This document shows positions 10,453 through 23,185 of a stretch of 64,000 nucleotides of DNA, piece by piece. Source of the stretch: Azolla caroliniana. Lineage: Eukaryota > Plantae > Polypodiophyta. Made by a program: the position numbers and the translations under genes. The DNA is taken from contig JBHGNT010000020.1 of NCBI GenBank assembly GCA_043228905.1, positions 7,130,001-7,194,000 on the forward strand, read 5' to 3'. A model generated the notes under the pieces. It was not told the DNA's origin, made no database searches, and saw only the letters and a program-made list of their open reading frames with translations. Position 1 is the first letter of the stretch. Every line of letters begins with the position of its first letter.

Positions 10453-13400
10453 AATGACAAGGAAGACACCCACAAAGAAGAAAATGGTCAAAGAAAATGT
10501 CAACACACCATGCAAGGAAAGAAAAAGGACCCCCATCAAAGAAAGTAAGATGACCCCCACCAGAGGGAGGTCGAAGTTTTCAACAACTCAGGGCAAGAAG
10601 ATTCACACAAACATCCTTCGAGGTACAAAATTAGGATGGGGTTATTTCCTTCGTGCACGACCTAACACTTATGAAGACCTAGACATGTGGATGATCAAAA
10701 CTTGGGGCTCATCACAACCCGAGACAAGGAGAGGTTTCCACCTCACTCAATTGAAAAAGGATTATATCACTAAACTAAAGTCACAATATGAACAAGTTTA
10801 TGATACGAAACATATCCTAATGTAGGATCTGTCTTTGCACGTGCATTTGCATGTGAACTCCATGGTGACATTGAAGTTGATTAGGAAGATTTTTCTCATC
10901 ATCGATCATCACATTATAGAGGGTCCTCAAGCACTACCATGAAGTCTAAGGGTACCTCTCATATTGAAATCCCAACTTGGACATCTGTGTTGACTCAACA
11001 AATTGCAAAATAGAAAGTGACAGTGACAGAAAAACATGAAGAGCGATTCTTGCGCTTTATAGCTTCCATGCAAACAACAATGCAAGCATTGCTGGCCGAT
11101 TTGGAAGAAGTTTCATATGGTGAGATGGCAGTAGAAAAACAATTCACATCTATGTCGAATACATACGAATGGATTGCATCAACAATCCAAAATTCTGAAA
11201 GCGATGTGTTAAAAGAGGAGTTGAAGAAGGAGCTCACAACTATGGGTACTCATCTAGAAGCACAGAAGAAAGATCTAGAGACATAACGGTCTTCTCGTTC
11301 TGAAATTGATGAGCAATTATCAGCCTTAAAGCAGCATTCAGAGAACCTAACATGTTTGATGAATGGTCTAAAAGAAAAGCTTTAGATACTCTGTGTCTAG
11401 ACGTAGTTGAGCACCCCGCTTGCATGGAAAATACAATTACAAACATTACTATATCATGGTAATGGTTTATATTTCTCCTTTTTGACCTTCTATGGTATAA
11501 AATATCATTGGTGCTAATATAGTGTATGGTGTGTCTCGTTATTGAAGGTGTTTATTCTGTGGCCTTGGATTCAAGCTTGAGTCTATGGATGCTATCATTA
11601 CACCATGCTTGCATACATATCATTTTTTATGCGCTAAGTATCATTTCGAGAAAGAAAATATATGTTTGGACTGTAAAAGTACAGTTGGAGCAGAGTGGTA
11701 CCTAGCTTGGGGTTTGAAAGTACACTCCTATGATATGTGATTAAGCATTATGCAATTTTTATCCTATGATTTTATAATTTTACTTTTGGTTCTGTTCTTA
11801 TACCTATGAGTATTGTTTCCTGAAGATCGTTTTTTCATGATTCAGTACTAACATTACTGATTACATTGTAATCCAGTATGATCAGTTGATTTAGTGCAGA
11901 TTATTTAGTACTAAAGGTCTTAAATGTTTAGTTGTATAACTTGTATTAGTACTAACATTGTTTATTGCATTATACTTTTTGTGTCCACTTGACTTAGGCT
12001 TTGCATGATTGAACAAATAGGCATGTCGGTTGTGGCTGTTTAGTACTAACATTGTTCATTACCAGATGAAATATGCATGTCCAAGTGGTTCAGTACTATT
12101 CCTTTAAGTTCATAAGATGTTATTAAGTACTAACAATACTGATTACGTTGTATTCCTTCATGATCAATTAATTCAGTATTGATTATTTAGTACTAATGGT
12201 CATAAATGTTTAGTTGTATAACTTATATTAGTACTAACATTGGTTAATTGCATTGTACTTTTTAAGTCCACTTGACTAAGGCTTTGCATGACCGAACAAA
12301 TAGGCTTGAAGGTCTTGGCTTTTTAGTACTAAAATTGTTCATTACCAGATGAGATATGCATGTCCAAGTGGATCAATACTATTCCTTTAAGTTCCTAAGT
12401 TGTTGATTAAGTACTAACAATATTGATTATATTGTATTCCTTCGTGATCAATTGATTCAGTATTGATTATTTGGTACGGCGGGTCTTAAATGTTTAGTTG
12501 TATAACTTGTATTAATACTAACATTGCTTATTGCATTGTACTTTTTGTGTTCACTTGACTTAGGCTTTGCATGACCGAACAAATAGACATGAATGTGTTG
12601 GCTTTTTAGTACTAACATTGTTCATTACCAGATGAAATATGCATGTCCAGGTGGATCAATATCTTATAATATGTACTCTTATAATATGTATGCTTATAAT
12701 ATGAATGTTGTAGTATCTAGCAACACCACACCAGGGAAGGTAATTTACAAACCAGGCCCCGCGATACTACGTATAGAGTCTACTGCAAATTCCAAAGTCC
12801 ATGGTCGTTCCTTAGTGGTACCTGATGAAATTTATGATGAAGATGACTGTATGAGAAGGGTCATTGGAATAGTTGAAGATGTGTTGCTTGAAACAAAATC
12901 TCCTAGCTCGGCACACCCTGACTGTGTGAATGGTAATGCTAATTGTGTTTGCATTTCTAATTTCTGAAATGTTGGTATACTACTAATTTATTATGTTTCT
13001 ATCAAAGAGCCTACGAAGAAGCGTAATGCTGCAAGAAAATTGTATGGAAAGGGGAAGAAATGCAAAGTTGATTGTTGTGGTGGGTAATACAAATTCTCAC
13101 AAACTTGTGGCTGTTGTAAAGTTTTAGAGTTAGACTAATACCATGTACTTTTGTTTTTAGACAAGGAAGAAAAGAGTAATGAAAATGGAGATACAGATTT
13201 AGAGCCACAATATGAAGAAGAATTTATCTCACTTCCAGGTACATGTTGGGAGCCCTCTCATCTAATAGTTATTTTGACCATATTACTTCACATGACAATA
13301 ATGTACAAGTGTATTAATATATAGAGAGTGTTGTGAAATATTGGCATGATGAAGAGCCCCAACTTGAAACCGGGACCATCCCAAGCAAGAATGACGATTG

Positions 13401-14288
13401 TGATGCCAATGCAAACCAAGTCTTGCAGCACATGACAAACACAATCATATGCAAAGACTCATCTACAAAAGATCAGGATGAAGATGTAACAGTAGGTAAA
13501 CATTTGTCCCTTAACCTTAAACATTTGGCTAGGTGACTTCACTTTTTCAGAATGTGAATTGATATTGTTCTTGCATCCCTCTATTTTATTTAGGAGTAGA
13601 AGAGCATGGCGATTCACAAATACCATCAGATTATTCGGGTAATTTATGGAGCAAGCTTGATTATTCAGGCTCAGATGCTACCACACATGAGGAATGTGAA
13701 ATCACCCAAAAAGAGGAGCTGGAGTGGACAAGCAACTTATATGAGGAGTTTGCAGGGAATGTGAATTTGACCCAAGGAGAGGATCATGGTTGTACAAAGA
13801 ATGAGGTGTGTGTCCAAAACACCACAAGCAACCTTAACCTAGGGCAAGATTGTATCATTAAGGAGACTATAGCAACTACCCAAGAAGAAGGAGAGGGTGG
13901 TACTATGAATGAGGTGTCTGTCCAAAATACAAGTAGCTTGCACTTGGAGCAAGTGTCCAACATCATTAGCGGGGAGTTTGCAAAGAAGACAAGCACCCAA
14001 GATGAGGAACATGTTTGTACTCCTAATAAAGTGGTAGTGGTGTCTACCCACGAAGAGGAGCCGGGAAAATTGAAGAATGACGTCCATGAGATTTTTGGTA
14101 AGAGTATCGACTGCATCTTCTTGGAAGTGTGTGCATCTCAGGCAGTTGCAATAGAGCACATTGTTCCCTCCGATGATGAATTGCCACTAAGTAGTTTACG
14201 ACCTCGTGGCTTTAAGATGAAGAAGGGTGTGAAATTTGAGAAGAATGAAACAAAAAATAGGTGCATTACAAGATCCAGAAAAAACTAA
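10453..14288 (+). pseudogene. Multi-exon accessory gene of element B: basic N-terminus, coiled coil, RING-H2 finger, acidic C-terminus
   Basis: Splicing the GT-AG intron 11459-11547 gives W-CLFC-GLGFKLESMDAIITP-CLHTYHFLC-AKYHFEKENI-CLDC (11549-11674), a C3H2C3 spacing. Heptad-rich region at 11017-11350. Later exons at about 12716-12932 and 13593-14288 are approximate. Several stops. Confidence 0.7.
11845..12660. repeat. About 285-bp tandem repeat (about 3 copies), rich in AGTACT, in an intron of the RING gene
   Basis: Repeated aaatgtttagttgtataactt...ttagtactaacattg...cacttgact...ggctttgcatga...cattaccagatga. Confidence 0.85.
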
Positions 14289-14299
14289 AACCAAAGTTT

Positions 14300-15030
14300 A
14301 TTGTATTTTGAAGGTTGTATGTAATTGATTACCGAATGTAAAGTTATTGGTTCCCTACTTCTTGACACTATTTAGGTTTACTTATCCAGATTGTGAATTG
14401 GATGAAAAGCTATTGATAGGAATGCTAATACATTGATTACCCTCATCTTGACACAATTTTGGTTTACTTGTTATGCACACATGTGACAGTGAGAATGTAA
14501 AGTCATTAGTGGAATGAACACTCCTATCTTAGATATGTCCTTGTTAGTGAACACTTAACACAGTTTAAGTACTAACTTGATATGCATTGTAGGTAATTTC
14601 CTACTGCCTCGTGCCACTCAGTAGTCTACTACCTCCGATGATGAAGTGCCACTCAGTACCTAGCTAAGTTTATTGTATCTGGGTGGTTGTCTGTAATTGA
14701 TAGGAATGTTAAGTTATTGATTACCCTTATGGTGACATTGTTTTGGTTTACTTGTTATGCACACAAGTGATAGTGAGAAGATGAGTGATGACTGGAATGA
14801 ACACTTAGATCTTACATATGTCTACGTTCGCAAACTCTTAACACAGTTTTAGTACTAACTTGATATGCATTGTACTAACTTTGATACATATGAACTCCTA
14901 AAGAGTTATAGGCACACACTTTTAATATGTGTGTGATAGTGAGAAGGCGAGTACAACTTGGAATGAACACTCCTAACGTAGATATTGATAGGTTAGTAAA
15001 CCCTAAACATAGGCTCAGATACTAACCAAT
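14300..15030. repeat. Imperfect duplications (about 290 bp) between the convergent 3' ends of the element B genes
   Basis: ggtttacttgttatgcacac...ggaatgaacac...agtactaacttgatatgcattgta occurs at about 14460 and about 14745. Confidence 0.7.
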
Positions 15031-15347
15031 AAGATTTTTTACCGAGCACTAGAAACTTCATGTAAAAGAACATACATATCTAAACCAAAGAGGGATATTG
15101 TTAGAAAGCCCAAAATAAATATGAAAACCCAAGATGGAGACCTCCCCCAATATGTGTTCGTGTACCCCTTTGGGGACTTTGTAGACAGTGTTGTATCCCT
15201 TAACCTTGTGCATTGTTTGAGTCATTTTGAACTTGATTGCGATAATGGCATCAACATAGATTATTGCGGTGGGTGCATCTTTTAACAATGCATATGTGTT
15301 CTTGCATTGTGGCAACATTGCATAGTAGTTGCCATACACGACAGACT

Positions 15348-15616
15348 TGACAGGAACACACGCTCTCGATGAACAACGCTCGGCCACAACCGAGCCTAGG
15401 ATAAAACACAGAAAACGGATAATGAACGCACGACAGAGTGAAGAGAAGGGTACACATGATGTTAACGTGGAAAATCCAAACTAGGGAAAAACCACGGCAG
15501 CCCACAGACTGCAAACTATCACTATATCATAATGTACAAAAGTAGAGCACCGAGGCAACGACCTCGAGCTTGCTATCTTCACCACAGGCGGTGGTTACAA
15601 CAGAGGCAACGACCTC

Positions 15617-15660
<44 letters not shown>

Positions 15661-16077
15661 CTCTGTTACGCGCTCTAATCTTGCGCCAACAAGAATGACA
15701 ATACCATACTACAGTTCTCAGTTTGCCCTAAGTCATATTTATCCTAATATGACTTTTCGGCTATTTATAAATATAGCCCCGATGGACTCTCAGAAAACAT
15801 ATTTACAAATATGTCCCTTCATCCGGTGAGCACTTCTCGCCGGGCCTTCACCATCCAGCTCTTGCCGGGTACTCGTCATCTGGTTCTCACCGGGTCTTCC
15901 GTAGCTGGGTACTCCATATCCGGTTCTCACTGGGTCTTCCGTAGCCAGGTACTCCTCATCCGGTTCTCACTAGGTCTTCCGTTGCCGGGTACTCCACATC
16001 CGGTTTCGGCCTCGGCCGAGTTTACTCATCAGTACTGTTCTTCTCACTTCCCATCCGGAGGGACCTGTTTCTTAAGA
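15348..16077 (-). repeat. 3' LTR of the copia composite
   Basis: Starts TGACAGG; contains (CT)n and about 40-bp U3 tandem repeats; PPT adjacent. Confidence 0.88.
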
Positions 16078-16088
16078 AGACTCCCCCT

Positions 16089-19000
16089 TCACTCTGGCAT
16101 GGGATGTCTTACTAGTCTGACCCGCTTCTAGCATGCATCCAGCTTGTCGGGTATCAGTACTTTGGTCAGCATATCTGACCTGTTCTCAGCCGTGTGGATC
16201 TTCGTCAGCGCGAACTCCAAGTCATCTACTCTTTCCCGGATCCAGTGATACCTTCGCTGGATATGCTTCGTCCGGGAATGGTAGGCCGCATTCTTAGCAA
16301 GGTGAATGGCACTTTGACTGTCACAATAGAGTCGGTATTCATCTTGCTGGATACCGGGCTCTTCGATGAAGTCCTTCATCCATAATATTTCCTTGCTGGC
16401 TTCCACAACCGCCATGTACTCCGCCTCCATGGTTGACAACACAACCGTCTTCTACAGCCTCGACTGCCACGAAACAGGTCCCCCTGCATATGTCATTACA
16501 TACCCAGATGTAGACGGGCTGGTATCCACATCAGCCGACATGTCCGAATCGGTAAAACCGTCAAGTTTAGGTTTTTCGGAGACGAATCGAAGACACATAT
16601 TTGAAGTGCCCTTCAAGTACCGGAGTATCCATTTGACCGCATTCCAGGGTTCCTTGGCGGGATTGCTCATAAACCGGCTCACCACTTCGACTGTGTATCC
16701 TATATCTGGTCGGGTACACACCATTGCCTACATTAAGCTCCCGACGGCTGAGGCATATGGAACCTTCATCATAGCAGCCTTCTCAGCTTTCTTCTTCGGG
16801 CTTTGCTTACCGGATAATCTGTAGTTTGCTGGGAGTGTTGATCCGACCGCTTTCGCTTCTAACATGTGGAATCGCTGAAGCACCTTTGTCACGTATTTCT
16901 CCTGTGACAGGCACAGTTGCTTCGTTGGCCGGTTCCGGATGATATGCATCCCCAACATCTGTCTTGCCGAACCCAAGTCTTTCATTGAGAAGGTCCGGTT
17001 GAGAGCCTACTTCAGCATCTGTATTTTGGCTTGGTCTCGTCCGACGATCAACATGTCGTCCACGTACAGAAGGAGTATCAGGAAGTCGACTCCTTCGAAC
17101 TTCCTCACAAACACACAGTGATCGGCCTGCGTCTTGTGGTACCCTTGATTGGTCATGAAGGAGTCGAACTTCCGGTACCATTGTCAGGGAGCCTCCTTCA
17201 GTCCGTACATGCTCTTCTTCAACCGGCAAACCAGTTGCTCCTTCCCTTTGTCCACGAATCCTTCTGGTTGCTGCATGTAGATATCCTCTTTGATGTCACC
17301 GTGAAGGAATGTCGTCTTCATGTCCAGCTCCTCTACCTCTAGGTCCATGCTTGCCGCTATACTTAGCATCGTCCGGATGGAGGTCATCTTTACTACCGGG
17401 GCAAATATCTCGTCGAAGTCCACGCCCTTCTTTAGGTGGAACCCCTTCACCACGATCCTGGCTTTGTATCTTGGGGGGTTGCCGGCATCTCCCGGTTTCA
17501 ACTTGTACAGCCAATTGTTTCGGAGTGCCCGCTTTCCTTTCGGCAACTCCACCAATTCGTACGTATGGTTCTCATGCAGGGAATCCATTTCATCCTGCAT
17601 GGCACTTAACCATTTTCGGCTGTGGGTGTCATCCTTCGCTTCTTCGAAACTTTCTGGCTCCCCCTCATCGGTTAGCAGCACATGCTCTACATCCGGAAAT
17701 CTCCGCGGGGCCCTTCTCTCTCTGAGAGGATATCTCTGTCTTTGGGCTTCGGTAACCGGCTCCTCCATTTGCTCTTCATCTAAATCCGATTCGGGGTCTT
17801 GGCCGGTTCTGGTTTCAACTTCCTCTACTTCTTCTTCTGCCGGTTCGGTATCCTCACCGTAACCGGCTGGTTCCTCGAGTGCTAACCGGTCTCTTGCCGG
17901 TTGGGTTTGCTCATCGTAGAATCGATCTTTACCGGTCGACTCAGAGTTCACTATCTTCTTCTCCGACTCCCAGTCGGCGAGCGTCTTGTCCTCCATAAAG
18001 ATAATATCTCGACTCCGAAATACCTTCTTGTCCACTAGGTCCCACACTCGGTAGCCGAACTCATCGTCGCCGTAACCGAGAAATATGCATGACCGGGTCT
18101 TCGTATCTAGTTTTCCTCTCCGGTCCTTAGCTACATGCACATACGCATGACACCCGAATACCTTCAAATGCCGGTAGGACACTTCCTTACCAGTCCATAC
18201 TCTCTGTCGCGTGTCTCCGTCCAAGGGTACTGAGGGTGATCTATTTATCACATATGTCGCCGTCGACAGTGCCTCAACCCAAAACTTCTTGGATAGTTTT
18301 GCATGCGCCAGCATACTCCGGACCCTCTCCATTCTGGTCCGGTTCATCCCCTCGGCCAGCCCGTTTAGTTCTGGCGTCTTCGGCAAGGTAAATTCGAGCC
18401 GGATTCCCTTCGTGCGACAGTACTCCTCGAACTGCCCCCGGTATTCACCTCCGTTATCTGCTGGAACCGCCTTCAGCTTCTGGCCAGTTTCTCTTTCCAC
18501 TCTCGCGTGGAGCTCTTTGAAGAAGGATAACACCTGATCCTTCGTCTTCAACGGTGTGGCCCACAGCTTCCGGTTGTGGTCATCTATGAACGTCACGAAG
18601 TACTGCGATCCTGCGTGTGACTTCATGTCCATTTGACACACATAAGTATGCACCAAATCCAGTGGTGCATTACGTCTCATCGGTGGCCTTGGTCGGAGGG
18701 AGGTCCGCTTTTGCTTGCCGGCCAGACAATCAGTGCACTTCTCGAAGTGCACGTTCTTCACTGGAATGAGGCTGTCGTCTGCAAGCCTCTTCATCCCCTT
18801 CTTGCTCATGTGACACAGCCTTTTGTGCCAGAGCTCACCGGTAGTGTCGGATGCCATGTTCACTTCCTCCGGACATAACCGGGCATTCATCAGGTACAAC
18901 GTGTTTACCTTCCGGGCCCGAGCCACAATCAGGCTCCCTTTGCTTAACTTCATAACACCATTCCGGATGCTACCCGTGTAGCCTTCATCACCTAGCCGTC

Positions 19001-20135
19001 CGGCTGATATCAGGTTCAGAGGAACCTCCGGAACGTGTCGGACATCCTTCAACAAAATCTTGCATCCGGTTGGTGTTGTGAGCGACACGTCTCCTATGCC
19101 GACAATTCGGCATGTACCTTCATTCCCCATTCGGACACAGTCGTGATCACCGGCTTAGTAGGATAAGAAACATTTCCTGTCCGGGGTAAGGTGGAATGAC
19201 GCTCCGGAGTCGACCACCCAGGTCATCTTGTCGCCGGCAAGGTTTATCTCACTCTCCTTGGTGATGAGCATCAACTCTTCTTCACTTGCCGCGATTGCCG
19301 TCGTTCCCTTCCGGTCCGTTCCCCTCCGGTCTTTACCGTTCCAGTCCGGTGTCTGCTTCGAATCAGTATCGTGGGTTTCCTTGTCTTTCCGGAAATGCCG
19401 ATAGTTCTTTTGGAAGTGTCCCGGCTTGCCGCAATAGAAGCAAGTCGGCCTCCCCCTTGACTTTGACCGTGTCCCCGACTTTTCCTGGTTCTCGGGACTA
19501 CGGTTTCTATGTGTTCCGCGTTCCGATTCGGTAAGGAGCGCTTTGGAGTCGGAGCTCGTATCCTTATCTTTCTGATGCGCCTCCTCATCTAGCAAGCTCG
19601 ACTTCACTCTTGCTAGGGCTAACCGTTTCCCTTCCGACCTGGCGTTGCCTAAAGTGGCAACCAACGTCTCCCAGCTATCCGGGAGGGAACCGAGCAGGAG
19701 TAGCGCTAGTACCTCATCGGCGAGAGGTACTTCCAATGATGTTGCGTGGTGGATCAGCCCCCGGAAAACATTCAGGTGCTCCGCCATGCTAGATCCATCT
19801 TGGTACCGGAGTCTTACTAGCGTCCAGAATACCGAAACTGGATTAACAACATTTTTGTTCTGAAACATAATGCCAATCTTCTCCTAGAGCTCATGAGCCT
19901 TGCTCTCTTCATTGAAGTTGTTGTATAGGCTCATGTTGATGAAGCACCGTATGTATGCCGTTGTCTTCATGTGCATCACCTCCCATATCGTGGCGTCGAT
20001 TTTGTTCGGTCTCTTGTCCCCGAACTGAACCGGCAACAAAAGATCCTTAACGACGAGCATGTCCCTCATCTTCGACTTCTACACGGAATAGTTGGAGCCG
20101 GTGAGTTTGAACATGCCTCCCAACAAATCGTCCAT
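16089..20135 (-). pseudogene. pol: Copia gag-pol (PR-IN-RT-RH) with nonsense mutations
   Basis: CFYCGKPGH, WVVDSGASFH, LWHKRLCH, integrase core, RYKARIVVKG, LYVDDML, CDSQSAIHLAKN. Confidence 0.93.
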
Positions 20136-20165
20136 TTTTTGTGTCGTTTTGCTCTGATACCAATA

Positions 20166-20746
20166 TGACAGGAAACTGCACTCTCCCTAAGCACAACGCT
20201 CGGCCACAACCGAGTCTAGGATCAAATACAGAAAACGGGAAATGAATGCACGACACAAAGGAGAAGAGTACACAGGATGTTTACGTGGAAAAAATCCAAA
20301 CTAGGGAAAAAACCACGGCAACCCACAGGCTGCAAACTATGACTTTGTTACAATGTACAACAGTAAAGCACCGAGGCAACAACCTCGAGCTTTCTATCTT
20401 CACCACAGGCGACAGTTACAACAGAGGCAACGACCTCTTTCTCTCTCTCTCTCTTTGTACACTGTTACGCACGCTCTCTTCTTACACCAACAAGAATGAC
20501 AACAACTACACATTATTCTCTGTTTGCCCTAAATCATATTTATACCAATATGACTTTTCGGCTATTTACAAATATAGCCCCGATGGACTCTCAGAAACAT
20601 ATTTACAAATATGTCCCTTCATCCGGTGAGCACTTCTCACCAGGCCTTCCTCATCCGGCTCTTGCCGGGTACTCCTCAGTACTCCTCAGTTTGCTCATCA
20701 GTACTATTCTTCTCACTTCCCATCTGGAGGGACCTGTTTCCTAACA
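20166..20746 (-). repeat. Internal LTR with a collapsed U3 repeat
   Basis: Homologous to the flanking LTRs and followed by a PBS. Confidence 0.88.
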
Positions 20747-21677
20747 CGGAGTCGACCACCTAGGTCATCTCGTCGCCGGCAAGGTTTAGCTCACTCTCCT
20801 CGGTGATGAGCATCAACTCTTCTTCACTTGCCGCGATTGCCGTTGTTCCCTTCCGGTCCGGCCCCCTCCGGTCTTTACCGTTTCGGTCCGGTGTTCGCTT
20901 CGAATCGGTACCGTCAGTTTCCTTGTCTTTTCGGAAGTGCCGATAGTTCTTCTGAAAGTGTCCCGGCTTGCTGCAATAGAAGCAAGTTGGCCTCCCCCTT
21001 GATTTTGACTGTGTCCCCGACTTTTCCCGGTTCTAGGGGCTACGGTTCCTTTGTCTTCCACGTTCCGATTCGGTAAGGAGTGCTTTGGAGTCGGAGCTCG
21101 TATCCTTATCTTTCCAACGCACCTCCTGATCTAGCAAGCTCGACTTCACTCTTGCAAGGGATAACCATTTCCCTTCCGGCCCGGCGTTGCCCAAACTGAC
21201 AACCAACGTCTCCCAACTATCTGGGAGGGAACCGAGCAGGAGTAGTGCTAGTACCTCATCGGCGAGAGGTACTTCCAATGATGTTGCCTGGTGTATCAGC
21301 CCCTGGAAGGCATTCATGTGCTCCGCCATGCTAGAGCCATCTTGGTACCAGTGTCTTACTAGCTTCCGGAATACCGAAACTTGGTTAACAACATTTTTGT
21401 TCTGAAACATAATGCCGATCTTCTCCTAGAGCTCATGAGCCTTGCTCTCTTCATTGAAGTTGTTGTATAGGCTCATGTCGATGAAGCACCGTATGTACGC
21501 CGTTGTCTTCATGTGCATCACCTCCCATATCGTGGCGTCGATTTTGTCCGGTCTCTTGTCCCGGAACTGAACCGGCAACCAAAGATCTTTAACCACGAGC
21601 ATGTCCCTCATCTTCGACTTCCACACAGAATAGTTGGAGCCGGTGAGCTTAAACATGCCTCCCAACGATTCATCCAT
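20747..21677 (-). pseudogene. gag: Second gag copy, truncated at the protease VDS motif
   Basis: MDESLGGMFKLTGSNYSVWK..., ending at VVDS directly against an LTR start. Confidence 0.88.
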
Positions 21678-21707
21678 TTTTTGTGTTGTTTCGCTCTGAT
21701 ACCACTT

Positions 21708-22463
21708 TGATAGGAACACACGCTCCCGATGAACAACGCTCGGCCACAACGGAGCCTAGGATAAAACACAAAAAACGGATAATGAATGCACGACACAGTG
21801 AAGAGAAGGGTACACAGGATGTTAACGTGGAAAACCCAAACTAGGGAAAAACCACGATAGCCCACAGACTGCAAACTATCACTATATCATAATGTAAAAT
21901 AGTAGAGCACCGAGGCAATGACCTCGAGTTTGCTATCTTCGCCATAGGTGGCGGTTACAACAGAGGGAACAACCTCTTCTTCTCTCTCTCTCTGTCTCTC
22001 TCTATACTCTATTACGCGCTCTAATCTTGCGTCAACAAGAATGACAACAACATACTACAGTTCTCAGTTTGCCCTAAGTCATATTTATACTAATATGACT
22101 TTTCGGCTATTTATAAATATAGCCCCGATGGACTCTCAGAAAATATATTTACAAATATGTCCCTTCATCCGGTGAGCACTTCTCGCCAGGCCTTCACCAT
22201 CCAGCTCTTGCCGGGTACTCGTCATCTGGTTCTCACCGGGTCTTCCGTAGCTGGGTACTCGTCATCCGGTTCTCGCTGGGTCTTTCGTAGCCGGGTACTC
22301 CACATCCGGTTCTCACCGGGTCTTCCGTAGCTGGGTACTCGTCATCTGGTTCTCACCGGGTCTTCCGTTGCCTAGTACTCCACATCTAGTTTCGGCCTCG
22401 GCCGTGTTTGCTCATCAGTACTGTTCTTCTCACTTCCCATCCGGAGGGACCTGTTTTCTAACA
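21708..22463 (-). repeat. 5' LTR of the copia composite
   Basis: TG...CA ends; PBS adjacent; TSD adjacent. Confidence 0.9.
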
Positions 22464-23185
22464 AGACTCACCAACATTGAACATGTTGCCCCAACCATCC
22501 CTCATGACTTCTTCCAATATTGCATTTCCTTGCTTGCACACCACAATGTAGTAGTCTTCAAAATCTTCATTCTGAGGAGATTTGAGCACCACAAAATGAT
22601 CTCCAACTTCTAATAGTATTGCCAAGTCCTCACACTGGTTGTAGTATACAATATTGTATGAATATTCGTTTTCTTGGATATCCACACATTGTTCTATCTC
22701 TAGGTTTTGTAGCTTCCATGGCTCCACAATTGATAGATTGGTGCATTCATCCCAAGCTTCATCTAAACACATGGAACAAAAGCACGATAAACTGCGGAAT
22801 AAAATTGGTGTTGTGTCCTTGCGACTAAACCTTAAAACACAATGGGTCTTGCGCGTCCCTTTCATGGTTTTACAACCGTATGATTTACTCCTATGCACCT
22901 CATTAGCACGAACCTCAATAAATAATCTATTCTTACTATCATTTGACATCTTCCATGTGAGTCACTCCACAACATCATGTGCATTTTGTAACTTAGCACC
23001 TTTATTATCCAACTGCTCTCTTGTAAGTGAGCACGCTTGATCACAGCCCCTGCGCCATCATGCTGTCCCTTTCCATGTCCTGACCCAAAGTAGTTCCATT
23101 GCATCCTAATGTTTGTCAATGAGAAGTACCTAGGTGTTTTGCATGACAGTTAGCCAACAAACACAATTAATTGCATGACTTAAAC

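Larger units (their letters stand above)
15348..22463 (-). mobile_element. Ty1/copia three-LTR composite (LTR-gag fragment-LTR-gag/pol-LTR)
   Basis: TSD AGACT at 15343-15347 and 22464-22468; LTRs at 15348-16077, 20166-20746 and 21708-22463; PBS at 20151-20162 and 21693-21704; PPT at about 16078-16090. Confidence 0.92.
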
